64,000 bases of DNA from Octopus sinensis (lineage: Eukaryota). Made by a program: the position numbers and the translations under genes. Within the stretch, counting starts at the first letter, position 1; each line of letters begins with the position of its first letter. Where the stretch lies: positions 21,638,001 to 21,702,000 of the forward strand of contig NC_043016.1 in NCBI RefSeq assembly GCF_006345805.1, read 5' to 3'. The notes beneath the pieces are model-generated. The model ran no database searches. It saw nothing but the letters and a program-made list of their open reading frames with translations, and had not been told where the DNA came from. Below, piece by piece: positions 27,401 through 41,737 of this stretch.

Positions 27401-30400
27401 ACTATTTTTAAAACAGCTTATGAGGATTTAATTTTTACTAGTCCATTAAATAAGCCACCTAGTACTTATTACAAGCTCATACAACCATTAACGCTATACA
27501 GAATTAATGAATACTTTTGCACTAACTGACTTTTGTCTTGAATATTAAAATCTATTTCAAATTGTAATATTCAGCATAAAATTTTTGTTATTGATTCTCA
27601 GGTGAAAATGAAACTTACGGTTCCAAATCCAACTGATCATTCTTCATTTTAGAGAATGCATCCTTTTGTATCCGCCTGTAATAAAATAAAATACATGTCT
27701 TACTAAATTTCTGATAAACATAATTAGATGCAACATACAATATAAGAAATAAAAATAATCACAAGTGGTATTGATATAATTGAAATAATCACAAGTGGTA
27801 TTTAGAACATTTGATTTATAAAAATAAAAGTAGAGTATATTTTGCCATGAGAAGTTATAAGAATATGTCTGTCATACAGAGACTTAATATTTTAGATCAA
27901 AGCTTTACTTTTCATTAAAAACACCTTATCCTGGATATTTTTAATTGGTTTCACTAAAAAACATACATCTAAAAGTGTGGTTGAAGGGCAACTTAAAATA
28001 TGGCTAAGAAATATAAGAAAAATATCTAGAGAACTAATGGGTTTTCACAAATTATTTCTAATTTATTAGTAGTAATTTGCAAGGAATATGATACTGCAAT
28101 TATATCAGGGAAGGGAAGGAATGTAATATATAAGAGTAGTATCTTTAATTCTTTAAAATTTAAATGTTATTTTCAAATCCCACCAATTTTGAATAATTAA
28201 ATTATAATATACATATTATCTACAATGCTTTTGCAACAAGAGTAGAAGTATCTAAATTTAATTTTAGTTGCTATAACTTAATCTAGCGAAGGTTGCATTG
28301 TTTGCAGAAATGAAATTAAAAAGAAATGTTTGTAAAATTAAGACAAAAATAAAATGCTTCAAAATGTCTCCAATTTTTCTTATATATTAGCATTTAAATA
28401 TATATTAGCTTTTTCTATATATAACATAGACTATGGATTTCTTTTCCTATATTTTAAGTATTGTTCAAGGCATTCCTGCACTGAATGCAGTAGGTTTCAA
28501 TTCACATAATTATCACCTTGTAGTGACTGTCCGTGACTTGAAAGTACACGATCCTAAGAGCTCTGTGAGATTCCTAAAAGATTGAAAATAAAAAATAAGA
28601 ATAATAACTGTTGAAAGTCATAAATAGCACAGAAAAAATATTTAATGTTTGTGTGTATGTGTGAGTGTATGTGTATGCATGTGTACAAACACAAACATAT
28701 ACAAGCACACATACATACACATAAATGTATTTCTATATAAATTATATATACATATATAGACACATATATATTAACACATACTAACACATGCTTACATGCA
28801 CACATGTATAAATATATACACACATATATATTGTGTATAAATATATATACTTATACATGCACACATATAGAATATATAAATACACAGAAAGACATATATA
28901 CATAATATACATATTTAATGTATATAATATACATATAAATACATATATGTTTGTGTATGTGCGATATATTAAGCATACATTCTGTGTTTGTGTGTGTATG
29001 TATATATGTAATATATACACAGACACACACACACACGCATATACACACATATAATATATATACATATAGATACTTATATACATAGATACATATAGATGCA
29101 TACATACAATACACAAATATATACACACACCCACAGACATCTATGTTACATGCTTACATTAAAAACACATTCTTGTGCTTGAGTTAGCACACACAATACA
29201 TGCATACCTACCTACACACACACACACACACACAATCACACACATGTATGGGGTGTTAAGTATATGCCTGTTTCTGTGAGAGTGTACTAGTTAATATATG
29301 AACACATATTGACATGCAAATACACACACACCTCCCACCCAACATTTTAACTTCAAGACACACATACACTCACTCAAAAATTTCTCATTCACAGCTATTA
29401 CTACTCCCATGCTTAAATTTTTTTTAGTTAATACAGAAGATTCTAAACAAATGTACATAGACTGGCATCTCTGCATGACAGAGTGAATCATTAGCTTCAA
29501 ACAAATTTTTATTACATGTATTGAATTCTTGTTCTATCTGTGTGCCCAGAAAGACATAACATATACACACTTAAATCAAAATATATATTATCAAACGCAT
29601 AAATACATATGTAGTTACTCACATAAATGCACACACACTTTCATTTAATGGCTTCAATTAAGTGAACTTCTTTGAAATGTTTAAACAATGCGATCTTATA
29701 AGTAATATGACCCTCTTGTTCTGTCCCTAAAAATCAGCAATATATTTTAGACTATACATTTGAATATTAAGCTACCCCTCAATTTAGACTCTAATGCTTG
29801 ACACAGAATAATACAGAATCAACTACAGTATTAGTTGATTCTTCTATGCAGTAATTTTAACATGTAGGTTTTTTAATTTTTTTTTTTTTGAAATTTTATT
29901 GAAGTTGGAAGGACAAATGTTGAACTGAGAGATATTTGAACCTAGAAACATAACTAAATACCACAAAATATTCTGTTGAACACTCTACCAAGACTAAAAC
30001 AACCAACACACAGCCATCTATAAATACATATACATTATGAATGTGCGTGTGAGTGCATGAGTGTGTATACATGAGCCAATGTAGTATCTTTTATCATTTA
30101 CTTGCTCCAATCATTTGACTGTGGCCATGCTTGGACACCACATTGAAGAATTTTAGGTGAATAAACTTACTCCAGAACTTTAATTATCCAATGATATTAT
30201 GTCTTTTTTACATTGACCTTTAAAGGACTATACAGGTAAACATACATATGTACATTCTTTTGTGTGTGTATAGATAGATATTGACTGTTTTTATACCATG
30301 TTATAATAGAAACAATTTAACATTAAAACTGATGGTTATTCAATTTTTCAGAAGAGTACGTATTTATTACTTTTACAAGAAGAGAGTGACAGTGAGTTTG

Positions 30401-32870
30401 ATGGCTGTGTGGTAAGGAGTTTGATGGCTGTGTGGTAAGAAGCTTGCTTCCCAACCACATGGTTCGGAGTTCAGTCCCACTGTGTGGCACCTTGGGCAGA
30501 TGTCTTCTACGATAGCCTTGGACCAACCAAAGCCTTGTGGGTGGATTTGGTAGATGGAAACTGAAAGAAGCCCATCATGTGTGTCTGTCTGTCTGTCTGT
30601 ATGTCCTCCAAACACTACTTGATAACTGGCACTGGTGTGTTTACACCCCCATAATTTAGTGGTTTGGCAAACGAGACTGAAAGAATAAATACTAGGCTTT
30701 AAAAAATAAATAAATAAGTACTGGGGTCAATACATGCGACTAAAATTTCTTCAAGGCGGCACCTCAGTATGGCCACAGTCAAATGACTGAAACAAGTAAA
30801 AGATAGAAGACATACACACAAACACACACACATATTTCTTTACATATATTTAGAAATGGCTAGAAGGTTCTTTTGAAAGAAGTCTCTTGACATCAGACTG
30901 TAGAAACTGCAACATGATTCTTTAAAAACCCTTGTTGAAAGGCAAATTTAATACATTATTGAAACAGTATTCATTTGGGGATTAATGTCTTATGGTTGTG
31001 CTATGTTTAAAAACATAATACATATCAAGGGGAGATAAAAATTGTCCCAAAAGCAGCTAACAAGAATGATAGATACATTTTGGTATGTACTCAGAGCCAA
31101 CCAAAATGCTCAGTATGGTCCGAGATTTATCACTTACAATGTATAGGAAAACAGTGAAAAACATTCACTGGTATTACAAATAGCGGTTTGGTAATACAAG
31201 CAGCATTAAATTAAAATAACCATCTGTTGGAAAAATGTAAAAATAGTCTTGAAGGGCAAATTTACTGCAGTATACGCCTGTTGATGAAGTCTCTTGTGGA
31301 TGTACCATGCATACATGCCACTCACAAGGCTAAACAAGGCCAAAATGTGTCTGGTATTCTTGCTAGGTACTGTTGGGGTGGTTCTCATCTCACTCTGATA
31401 CAACAACCATTCTGCTGATAGATTATCACCTTTATTGGTTATTCTCCAACAGTCTGTGAAGTGGAGCTGAAAATGTGACCTGATGAATTCTTCAAGTCAA
31501 GACTCAGTCCTTCTACAGACAAGATACTGACAAGCTAGTGGAATACAGGCAAGTTAGGCACAATGAAAGGAAATATATACTCAACTGTTAAAATTGTTAA
31601 AAGTGCTGATAATAAACAAAGATTTTTAAAAATGGAAAAAAAAAAAAAAAAACTGAATTTATTGGAGAACTCAAATCATCTAACATCTAATTTCCATGTT
31701 GGTATGGGTTGGACAGTTAGACAGGATCTGGTGAGTGAAATGGCTGCATCATGATCCATGTTAGCTTTGGCATGATTTCTACAACTGGATGTCCTTCCTA
31801 ACACCAACCACTTTGCAGTGTGCACTAAGAGCCTTTTTCATTCCACTGGCACTGGTGGAGTAGTCAAGTAACTTGCAAAACAGGAAAGATTAAGCAAAGG
31901 GAAAAAGAGTAAAAGGGTATAGGGTAGATTTTATGCAAGGGACAAGCAGAGGTGTCTTACTACGTAGCAGATACATGGTTAACCCAGCATTTATATAAGG
32001 GTAGCAGGGAGTAACTGGGGAAAAGATTGTAGGGATGGGTTGCCAGAGCAACCCAGATGAAATTTGCTGTGGCAGATGCACTAACTGTAGCTAACATTCA
32101 CTTCTTTTAAGGTAACAAGGTTAATATGTTCCTATAGCTAGGCAAACTTTTCACAGTAGACTGCAAATAATGTCATTTCTATGGTGATAATGTTATTTAT
32201 GGGTTTCTTTCAATTTTCATCTACCAAATCCACTATCATTGGCCAAGGGCTATAGTAGAAATCACTTGCCCAAGGAGCCACACAGTGGGACTGATCATAA
32301 GACTATATGGTTGGAAAGCGAGCTTTTTAATCATGCAAACATACAGGAACCTCTCTTTCTCTCTCTCCGAACACACAAACACAAGAGGGAAAAACATTCA
32401 GACACCATTCTTCCAAATTATTTATGTGTTTATGTACACATACAAAGGACTACAAACACATATCTTTGCATATAATTATGTATGTATAGTACATATAAGT
32501 GAGTGTGTGTGTGTATATACATATATACACACACATATATACATATATCACATGACCGACCAGACCATCAGATGTTGCTACACATCGCTGGTCACAATGC
32601 GCTAAGCGAGCAGGCCAACAGAAGAAAGAGTGAGAGAAAGAGTGGTGAAAGAGTACAGCAGGGATCACCACCACCCCCTGCCGGAGCTTCGTGGTGCTTT
32701 TAGGTGTTTTCGCTCAATAAACACTCACAACACCCGGTCTGGGAATCAAAACCACGATCCTACGACCGCGAGTCCGCTGCCCTAACCACTAGGCCATTGC
32801 GTCTCCAAATATACATATATATACATATATATATACATATATACACATATATATGTACACATATATATAT

Positions 32871-32911
<41 letters not shown>

Positions 32912-32928
32912 TACACATATATATACAC

Positions 32929-32979
<51 letters not shown>

Positions 32980-33066
32980 CATATATAATATAATATACAT
33001 ATATATATATATATACATATATATATACATATATACACATATATATATATATATACATATATACAC

Positions 33067-33106
<40 letters not shown>

Positions 33107-33216
33107 ATATATATATATATACATATATACATATATACACATATATATATATACATATATACATATATACACTATATATATATACATATATACATATACA
33201 CATATTATATATATAT

Positions 33217-33255
<39 letters not shown>

Positions 33256-34421
33256 CATATATATATACAAAAAAGGGGATGAATTTATCGAGAGTGAAAA
33301 ACAAAAACGTTTACCGATAACTTTAACTCGAACCGCGGTCTCTGCTTCTTTCTAGCAAAACACAAAATATGTTTGCTAAGGCTAGCTTCATCAGCGAGTC
33401 GCCTTAATTTAATCGAGGTCTGCAGCAATGCGAGACCATGTGTTGATCTCGAACTACTAGCAGATCTTAACTTTTCAAATCTCTGCGCAGACGCAAAATT
33501 TATACGGCAGTATAGGGCATGCGGGAAGAATTTTACGAATAAATCCATCATGTAATATGCGAATATGAACAAGAAGGGTAGTAATATTATTTACTACCAG
33601 GTGCCCAGCACATGATGGATTTATTCGTAAAATTCTTCCCGGCATGCCCTATACTGCCGTATAAATTTTGCGTCTGCGCAGAGATTTGAAAAGTTAAGAT
33701 CTGCTAGTAGTTCGAGATCAACACATGGTCTCACATCGCTGCAGACCTCGATTAAATTAAGGCGACTCGCTAATGAAGCTAGCCTTAGCAAACATATTTT
33801 GTGGTTTTGCTAGAAAGAAGCAGAAACCGCGGTTCGAGTTAAAGTTATCGGTAAACGTTTTTGTTTTTCACTCTCGATAAATTCATCCCCTTTTTGTGTT
33901 CCCAGCACTCGGCATCTTAATTTAGGAGCCCTTAATTGTATAACTACATGAATAATTTTTCTATATGAATAATATTTTTGTCTTATGACTAATTCGTCTT
34001 TTGTGCTGGGCACCTGGTAGTAAATAATATTACTACCCTTCTTGTTCATATTCGCATATATATATATGCATATATATACATATATATATATATACATATA
34101 CACATATATATACATATATATATACATATATATATACACATATATATGCATATATATATACATATATATATACACATATATATATATGCATATATATACA
34201 TATATATATATATATACATATATATATACATATATATATATACATATATACATACATATATATATACATATATATATATATACATATATATATACATATA
34301 TATATATACTATATATACATACATATATAATACATACATATATATATACATATAATATATTACACATATATATACACATATATATATATACACATATATA
34401 TATATACACATATATATATAT

Positions 34422-34463
<42 letters not shown>

Positions 34464-34651
34464 TACACATATATATAATATATATACATATATACACATA
34501 TATATATATACCTATATATATATATATACACATATATATATATATATATATACATATATACATATATACACATATATATATATACATATATACATATATA
34601 CACATTATATATATAACATATATACATATATACACATATATATATATATAT

Positions 34652-34687
<36 letters not shown>

Positions 34688-36104
34688 CATCATATATATA
34701 TACAAAAAAGGGGATGAATTTATCGAGAGTGAAAAACAAAAACGTATTCCGATAACTTTAACTCGAACCGCGGTCTCTGCTTCTTTCTAGCAAAACACAA
34801 AATATGTTGCTAAGGCTAGCTTCATCAGCGAGTCGCCTTAATTTAATCGAGGTCTGCAGCAATGCGAGACCATGTGTTGATCTCGAACTACTAGCAGATC
34901 TTAACTTTTCAAATCTCTGCGCAGACGCAAAATTTATACGGCAGTATAGGGCATGCGGGAAGAATTTTACGAATAAATCCATCATGTAATATGCGAATAT
35001 GAACAAAGAGGGTAGTAATATTATTTACTACCAGGTGCCAGCACATGATGGATTTATTCGTAAAATTCTTCCCGGCATGCCCTATACTGCCGTATAAATT
35101 TTGCGTCTGCGCAGAGATTTGAAAAGTTAAGATCTGCTAGTAGTTCGAGATCAACACATGGTCTCACATCGCTGCAGACCTCGATTAAATTAAGGCGACT
35201 CGCTAATGAAGCTAGCCTTAGCAAACATATTTTGTGTTTTGCTAGAAAGAAGCAGAAACCGCGGTTCGAGTTAAAGTTATCGGTAAACGTTTTTGTTTTT
35301 CACTCTCGATAAATTCATCCCCTTTTTGTGTTCCCAGCACTCGGCATCTTAATTTAGGAGCCCTTAATTGTATAACTACATGAATAATATTTTTCTATAT
35401 GAATAATATTTTTGTCTTATGACTAATTCGTCTTTTGTGCTGGGCACCTGGTAGTAAATAATATTACTACCCTTCTTGTTCATATTCGCATATATATATA
35501 TGCATATATATATACATATATATATATATACATATATACACATATATATACACATATATATATATATATATACACATATATATGCATATATATATACATA
35601 TATATATACACATATATATATATGCATATATATATACATATATATATATATATACATATATATATACATATATATATAACATATATACTACATATATATA
35701 TATACATATATATATATATACATATATATATACATATATATAATACATATATACACATATAATATACATATATATATACATATATATATACACATATATA
35801 GCATATATATATACATATATATATACACATATATATATATGCATATATATATACATATATATATATATATACATATATATATACATATATATATATACAT
35901 ATATATACATACATATATATATACATATATATAATATACATATATATATACATATATATATATACAATATATATACATACATTATATATATACATACATA
36001 TATATACATATATATATATACCATATATATACACATATATATATATACACATATATATATATACACATATATATATATATATATATATTATCATCATCAT
36101 CATC

Positions 36105-36168
<64 letters not shown>

Positions 36169-39100
36169 GTTTAGCGTCCGCTTTCCATGCTAGCATGGGT
36201 TGGACGGGTCAACTGGGGTCTGTGAAGCTGGAAGGCTTCGTCAGGCCCAGTCAGATCTGGCAGTGTTTCTACGGCTGGATGCCCTTCCTAACGCCAACCA
36301 CTCCGCGAGTGTAGTGGGTGTTTTTTACGTGCCACCTGCACAGGTGCCAGACAGAGCTGGTGAACGGCCACGAATGGATGGTGCTTTTACGTGTCACCGG
36401 CACGGGGCCAGGCGATGCTGGCAACGGACACGAACGGATGGTGCTTTTACGTGCCACCGACACGGGGCCAGACAGAGCTGGCAAACGGTCATGAACGGAC
36501 GGTGCTTTTACGTGTCACCGGCACGGGGGCCAGCCGAGGCTGGCAACGGACGCGAACGGATGGTGCTTTTACGTGCCACTGACACGGGGCCAGACAGTGC
36601 TGGCAAACGGCCACGAACGGACGGTGCTTTTATGTGTCACCGGCACGGGGCGAGGCGAGGCTGGCAACGAACACAAACGGATGGTGCTTTTACGTGCCAC
36701 CGACACGGGGCCAGGCAGAGCTGGCAAACGGTCATGAGCGAATGGTGCTTTTACGTATCACCGGCACAGGTGCCGACCAGGCTGACAGCGGACACGAACG
36801 GATGGGTCACTTAACCCCTGCTTTCTGATATATGATTTGATTTTGATTGTTCTCACTGGTCTTGCCGGGTCTTCTCACGCACAGCATACTTCCATAGGTC
36901 TCGGTCTCTGGTCATTTCCTTGGTGAGACCTAGAGTTCGAAGGTTGTGCTTCACCACCTACCCCAGGTTTTCCTGGGTCTACCTCTTCCACAGGTCCCCT
37001 CAACTGCCAGGGTGTGGCACTTTTTCACACACCTATCTTCATCCATTCTCACCACATGACCATACCAGCGCAATCGTCTCTCTTGCACACAACATCTGAT
37101 TCCTCTTAGGTCCAACTTTTCTCTCAAGGTACTTACACTCTGTCGACTATGAACACTGACATTACACATCCAACGGAGCATACTAGCTTCATTTCTCGCG
37201 AGCTTACGCATGTCCTCAGCAGTCACGGCCCATGTTTCACTGCCATGTAGCATGCCTGTTCGTACACATGCATCATACAGTCTGCCTTTTACTCTGAGCG
37301 AGAGGCCTTTAGTCACCAACAGAGGTAAGAGCTCCCTAAACTTTGCCCAGGCTATTCTTACTCTAGCCGTTACACTTTCAGCACACCCACCCCCACTACT
37401 GACTTGGTCACCAAGATAACGGAAGCTATCAACTACTTCTAGTTTCTCCCCCTGGAAAGTGACGGAAGTTGTTTTCTGCAGATTTTCAGAGGTTAATGCT
37501 CCCGAGCATCTGCCACATACAAAAACCATCTTCCTAGTTAGCCTTCCTATGACATTGCTGCACCTCTTATGTGTCCATAGCTTACACTTGGTGCATCTTA
37601 TAGAGTTTCTACCTACACCTTTTCTACAGATCGAGCAGGGCCATCTACCTGAAGGCGTTTGTGATTTGTCTACCTTCCTACTTATTAGGACTTTGGTTTT
37701 AGCTAGGTTGACTCTAAGGCCCTTCGATTCTAAACCATGCTTCCACACCTGAAACTTCTTCTCCAGTTCTGATAATGACTCAGCAATTAGAGCAAGGTCA
37801 TCAGCATAGGGGAGCTCCCAGGGGCATCCTGTCTTGAATTCCTCCGTTATTGCCTGGAGGACTATGATAAATAGGAGGGGGCTGAGGACTGAGCCTTGGT
37901 GGACCCCTACCTCTAACCCGAATTCTTCACTGTACTCATTTCAACCCTCACCTTACTAGCAGCGTCCCTGTACATGGCTTGCACAGCTCTCACTAACCAT
38001 TCTTCTATTCCTAGTTTCCTCATTGACCACCATATGAGGGATCGGGGGACCCTGTCGAAGGCTTTCTCCATGTCAACAAAAGCCAGGTACAGGGCCTTAT
38101 CTTTGGCTAGGTATTTCTCCTGCAGCTGCCTTACCAGGAATATAGCATCAGTGGTACTTTTCCCTGGCACGAAAACCAACTGCATCTCATCTAAACTAAC
38201 TCTCTCTCTAATTAGTTGGCTTATGACCCTCTCTGTAACCTTCATCACCTGATCCAACAGCTTGATACCTCTGTAATTATTTGTATCTAGGGCATCACCT
38301 TTACCTTTGTAGCAGTTGACTATTATGCTGCTACACCAGTCATTGGGTATGACTCCTTCATGTATCACCTGATTAACTATACAGGTGACTAGGCTATATA
38401 TATATATACATATATATACATAGATATACATATATGTATATATATATACACACATATATATACATAGATATACATATATATACACGCATATATACACACA
38501 CACATATTCATTTTTGTGTACATGTATATGGGACAGGAGGAAGTTGAAACTGAAACAGTTTTTCACACTAAGCACAAGGACGTTACTATCTCCAGACATG
38601 CAACCCCAAGATCTTTTTTTTTAAGAATCTAAAAAACATCCCACCTTCTCTCCAGTTCTACAAGCTCAGAACTGCAAAAATCGATGTTGGCACAATGAAA
38701 AGTAGGTATTGAGGGATAGCTGAAATGCTATAGTAGAGAAATGTAGGTGTATGCTGTGTGCAAGAAGTATTATGGAAGGGAGCCTCAACTAGACTGCTTA
38801 TGGGCTAGAGACACAACTTTTTCTGGGTAGGCAACAATGATGGTGGAGGTGGTGTGGGTATTCTACTAGCAGAGAAATAAGTGGATAAGGTGGTTGAGGT
38901 AGTCAGGTTACGTGAAAGGGTAATGAAGCTAAGAATAGCCTTGTTTGATGTAACTGTGTCAGTTATCTCTGCATAAGCTTTGCATGCAGGACTTCCAGAT
39001 ACTCCAAAGGAGCACTTCTACCCCTTCAGAGGACTGCCTCGACAATGAAAGACAATTCTCTCATTATAACAGGGGACTTCAATGGACATGAAAGACACCG

Positions 39101-41058
39101 TGATTTATTTCATAGTGTGCATGAAGGCTACAGCTTTGGCTCTAGAAATGAAGCTGCAGGAGTTTTGTAACGCTCATGGCTTACTGTTCTGCAACACCAA
39201 GTTCATAAAGCCTGGCAACCATCTGAATCAATCTAGTAAGCATGCCAGCTAGACTGACTACATTGACACCAATTAGTAGCAAAATTAGGCTAGACGAAAT
39301 GCAGTTTTGTTTCACCCTGGGAAGAAGCTATTTTCATAGGCAACAGCAAGGGAAGTACTTATCTAAGAGTAAACCAATATACTTGGCATTCATTGATCTG
39401 GTGAGAAAGCCTTCAATAGAGTATCTCGCTGTGTCATATGGTGGGCTCTGATGAGGCTACAGGTAGACAAGTAACTTGTGGAGGTGGTACAGGCCATGTT
39501 TAGAGACACTAGTTATTGAGACAGTGAAGAATTTAGTGTACAGGAAGGCATTCATTAAGGCACATACCCTTACTTTTCATCATTGTCCTCTAGGCCATAG
39601 CAAAGGAATTAAGACTTGTAGTCCCTGGGAACTACTATATGCAGATAATCTAGCCCTCACAACAGATTCTACACCAGAGCTAGAAGAGAAATTCCAGGTG
39701 TGGAAGCAAAACCTGGAATCTAAGGGCCTTAAGGTTAACTTAGCAAAGACTAAGGTCTTAGTAAACAAGAAAACAGACAAGACCCTACCTCATCAGGTAG
39801 GTCCTTCTCAATTCGTAGGAAAGGTGTAGACTAGAATTCCATACAGTGTACTCAGTGTAGGCTATGGACATACAAAAGGTACAGCAGAATAAAAGGAAGG
39901 CTATCAGAGAAAGCAGTTTGTATGAACAGGAGTCATAAACTTAAAGATACTGGGAAAAATTGATTTTCTCAAATGCCCTAGAGGCTCATTAGAGATAGTG
40001 GATAATTTCTACTACCTAGGATCAACTTCCAACTGTTCTTTCAGTTCATGGCACACATTCAGTCATGACTACTTTAGATGTTCTATGAGCAAGCAAGGCA
40101 CAAATTTTACTGCAACTATTTTCATTCACAATTCCTTGCTCAAAATTCATTGGTAGGAGCTCCAATAATATTAACAAGTTCGTGAATTGTTTGGTGACAG
40201 TCCTCCAAGATCAGTTCATGAATTTCTGTGATGATTTTCATCCCTTCGGGAGGGCAATAGTTGTCCTGAACAAGGTTGGTCTTCAAGTCCTAAAGCATGA
40301 CAATCACTCGTAAACTTGTGTTTTGTTCAGGGCAGTGTCCTTGTAAGCTGTTTGAAGTATGACAACTGTTTTAGCTATCAATTTTCCCAGCAGAAAATTC
40401 AATTTCATGAAAGCACATTTCAGCGAATGCAAAACTTGATGAACAAGAGAGAAGTACTGCAAAACAAAGATGCACCACAAGGCAGTAAGACTATACTCAA
40501 TGACACCGGTCAGCATACTGACGTTAGGAAGGGCATCCACCTGTAGAAACACTGCCAGATCAGACGAGCCTGGTGTAGCCTCCTGGCTTCCCAGACCCCA
40601 GTCGAACCGTCTAACCCATGCTAGCATGGAAAACAGACGTTAAACGAAGATGATGATACATACACACACATATATATACACAAAAACACTCACACATATA
40701 TACATACATATATATAAATATATATTATATAATTTTTTTTTCTTATATTTGTTTCTGTCATTTGACTGAGACCATGCTGGAACACCACCTTTAGTCAAAC
40801 AAATCAACCCCAGGACATTCTTTGTATCACTAGGACCTATTCTATCGGTGTCTTTTACTGAACCACTAAGTTATGTGGACATAAACCCACAACATCGGTT
40901 GTCAAGCGATGATAGGGAGGGACAAACACAGACACACACACACATATATATATACAACATGGTTCTTTCAGTTTCCGTCTAACAAGTGCACTCACAAGGC
41001 TTTGGTCGACCCGAGGCTATATTAGAAGACACTTGCCCATATAAATGTGTGTATACAT

Positions 41059-41100
<42 letters not shown>

Positions 41101-41693
41101 GTTTATAATTATTCATATATATATATATATATATAAACAAATACATATATAATTACTCTATTTACATAATATCGAAGTCTCATTCATTCTTTTTTTGTCA
41201 TATTAGTATTATTATTAATACACACACACACACACACACACACATAAACAACTGCAATGTAGAAGGTGTTTACAAGGTATTTAAAAAATACACAAAATCG
41301 TTAGATTCACTTCAACATTTAAACTTAATTTGTCAAAATATTTTCGTCGCTTTAAGACTGCAAGCTGCTCACTGACAGAACTCTGTGCTGCATCTGATAT
41401 ATGTATGTATATCAATGTATATAGGTCAAAAGAAATTGCTATTAGGTTTTTTAATAATTTATTATCTTATAATATGAATAAATTATTGGATTTTCAAGTG
41501 AATCTATTTAATTTGTTTACATACATACATTCATACATACATATCATCATCATCGGAGTTATTCAAATTCTTTTACTTCTGACACATGTTTTGAAGATAT
41601 CACTGATATTATTCCAAAGGAATAAAACGGTGTAAAACAATGTAATCTTCTCTTCAGGGAAAAATACACACATCTATCTATCTATCTATCTTT

Positions 41694-41737
<44 letters not shown>

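Larger units (their letters stand above)
32807..36088. repeat. Three TA/TATACA microsatellite blocks interleaved with two copies of a ~790 bp palindromic unit (period ~1435 bp)
   Basis: Units start at 33267 and 34702. Microsatellites at 32807-33266, 34060-34701 and 35494-36088. Confidence 0.92.

Noticed and set aside
32730-32806. Functional tRNA gene
   Set aside because: It has A and B boxes but no complete cloverleaf, and it continues into a SINE body and tail.
34016-34037. Helitron 3' hairpin interpretation of GGTAGTAA/TTACTACC
   Set aside because: No CTRR terminus follows and no 5' TC end was found. The hammerhead and inversions fit a PLE/retrozyme origin better.
28554-36167. Many long Ile/Tyr/Cys/His-rich ORFs and the poly-Met ORF
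   Set aside because: They are translations of (TA)n, (TATACA)n and (CAT)n microsatellites, which lack stop codons in some frames.
36318-36805. CRISPR-like look of the 60-bp array
   Set aside because: The 'spacers' are homologous to each other, the array lies in a LINE 3' UTR, the context is eukaryotic and there are no cas genes.
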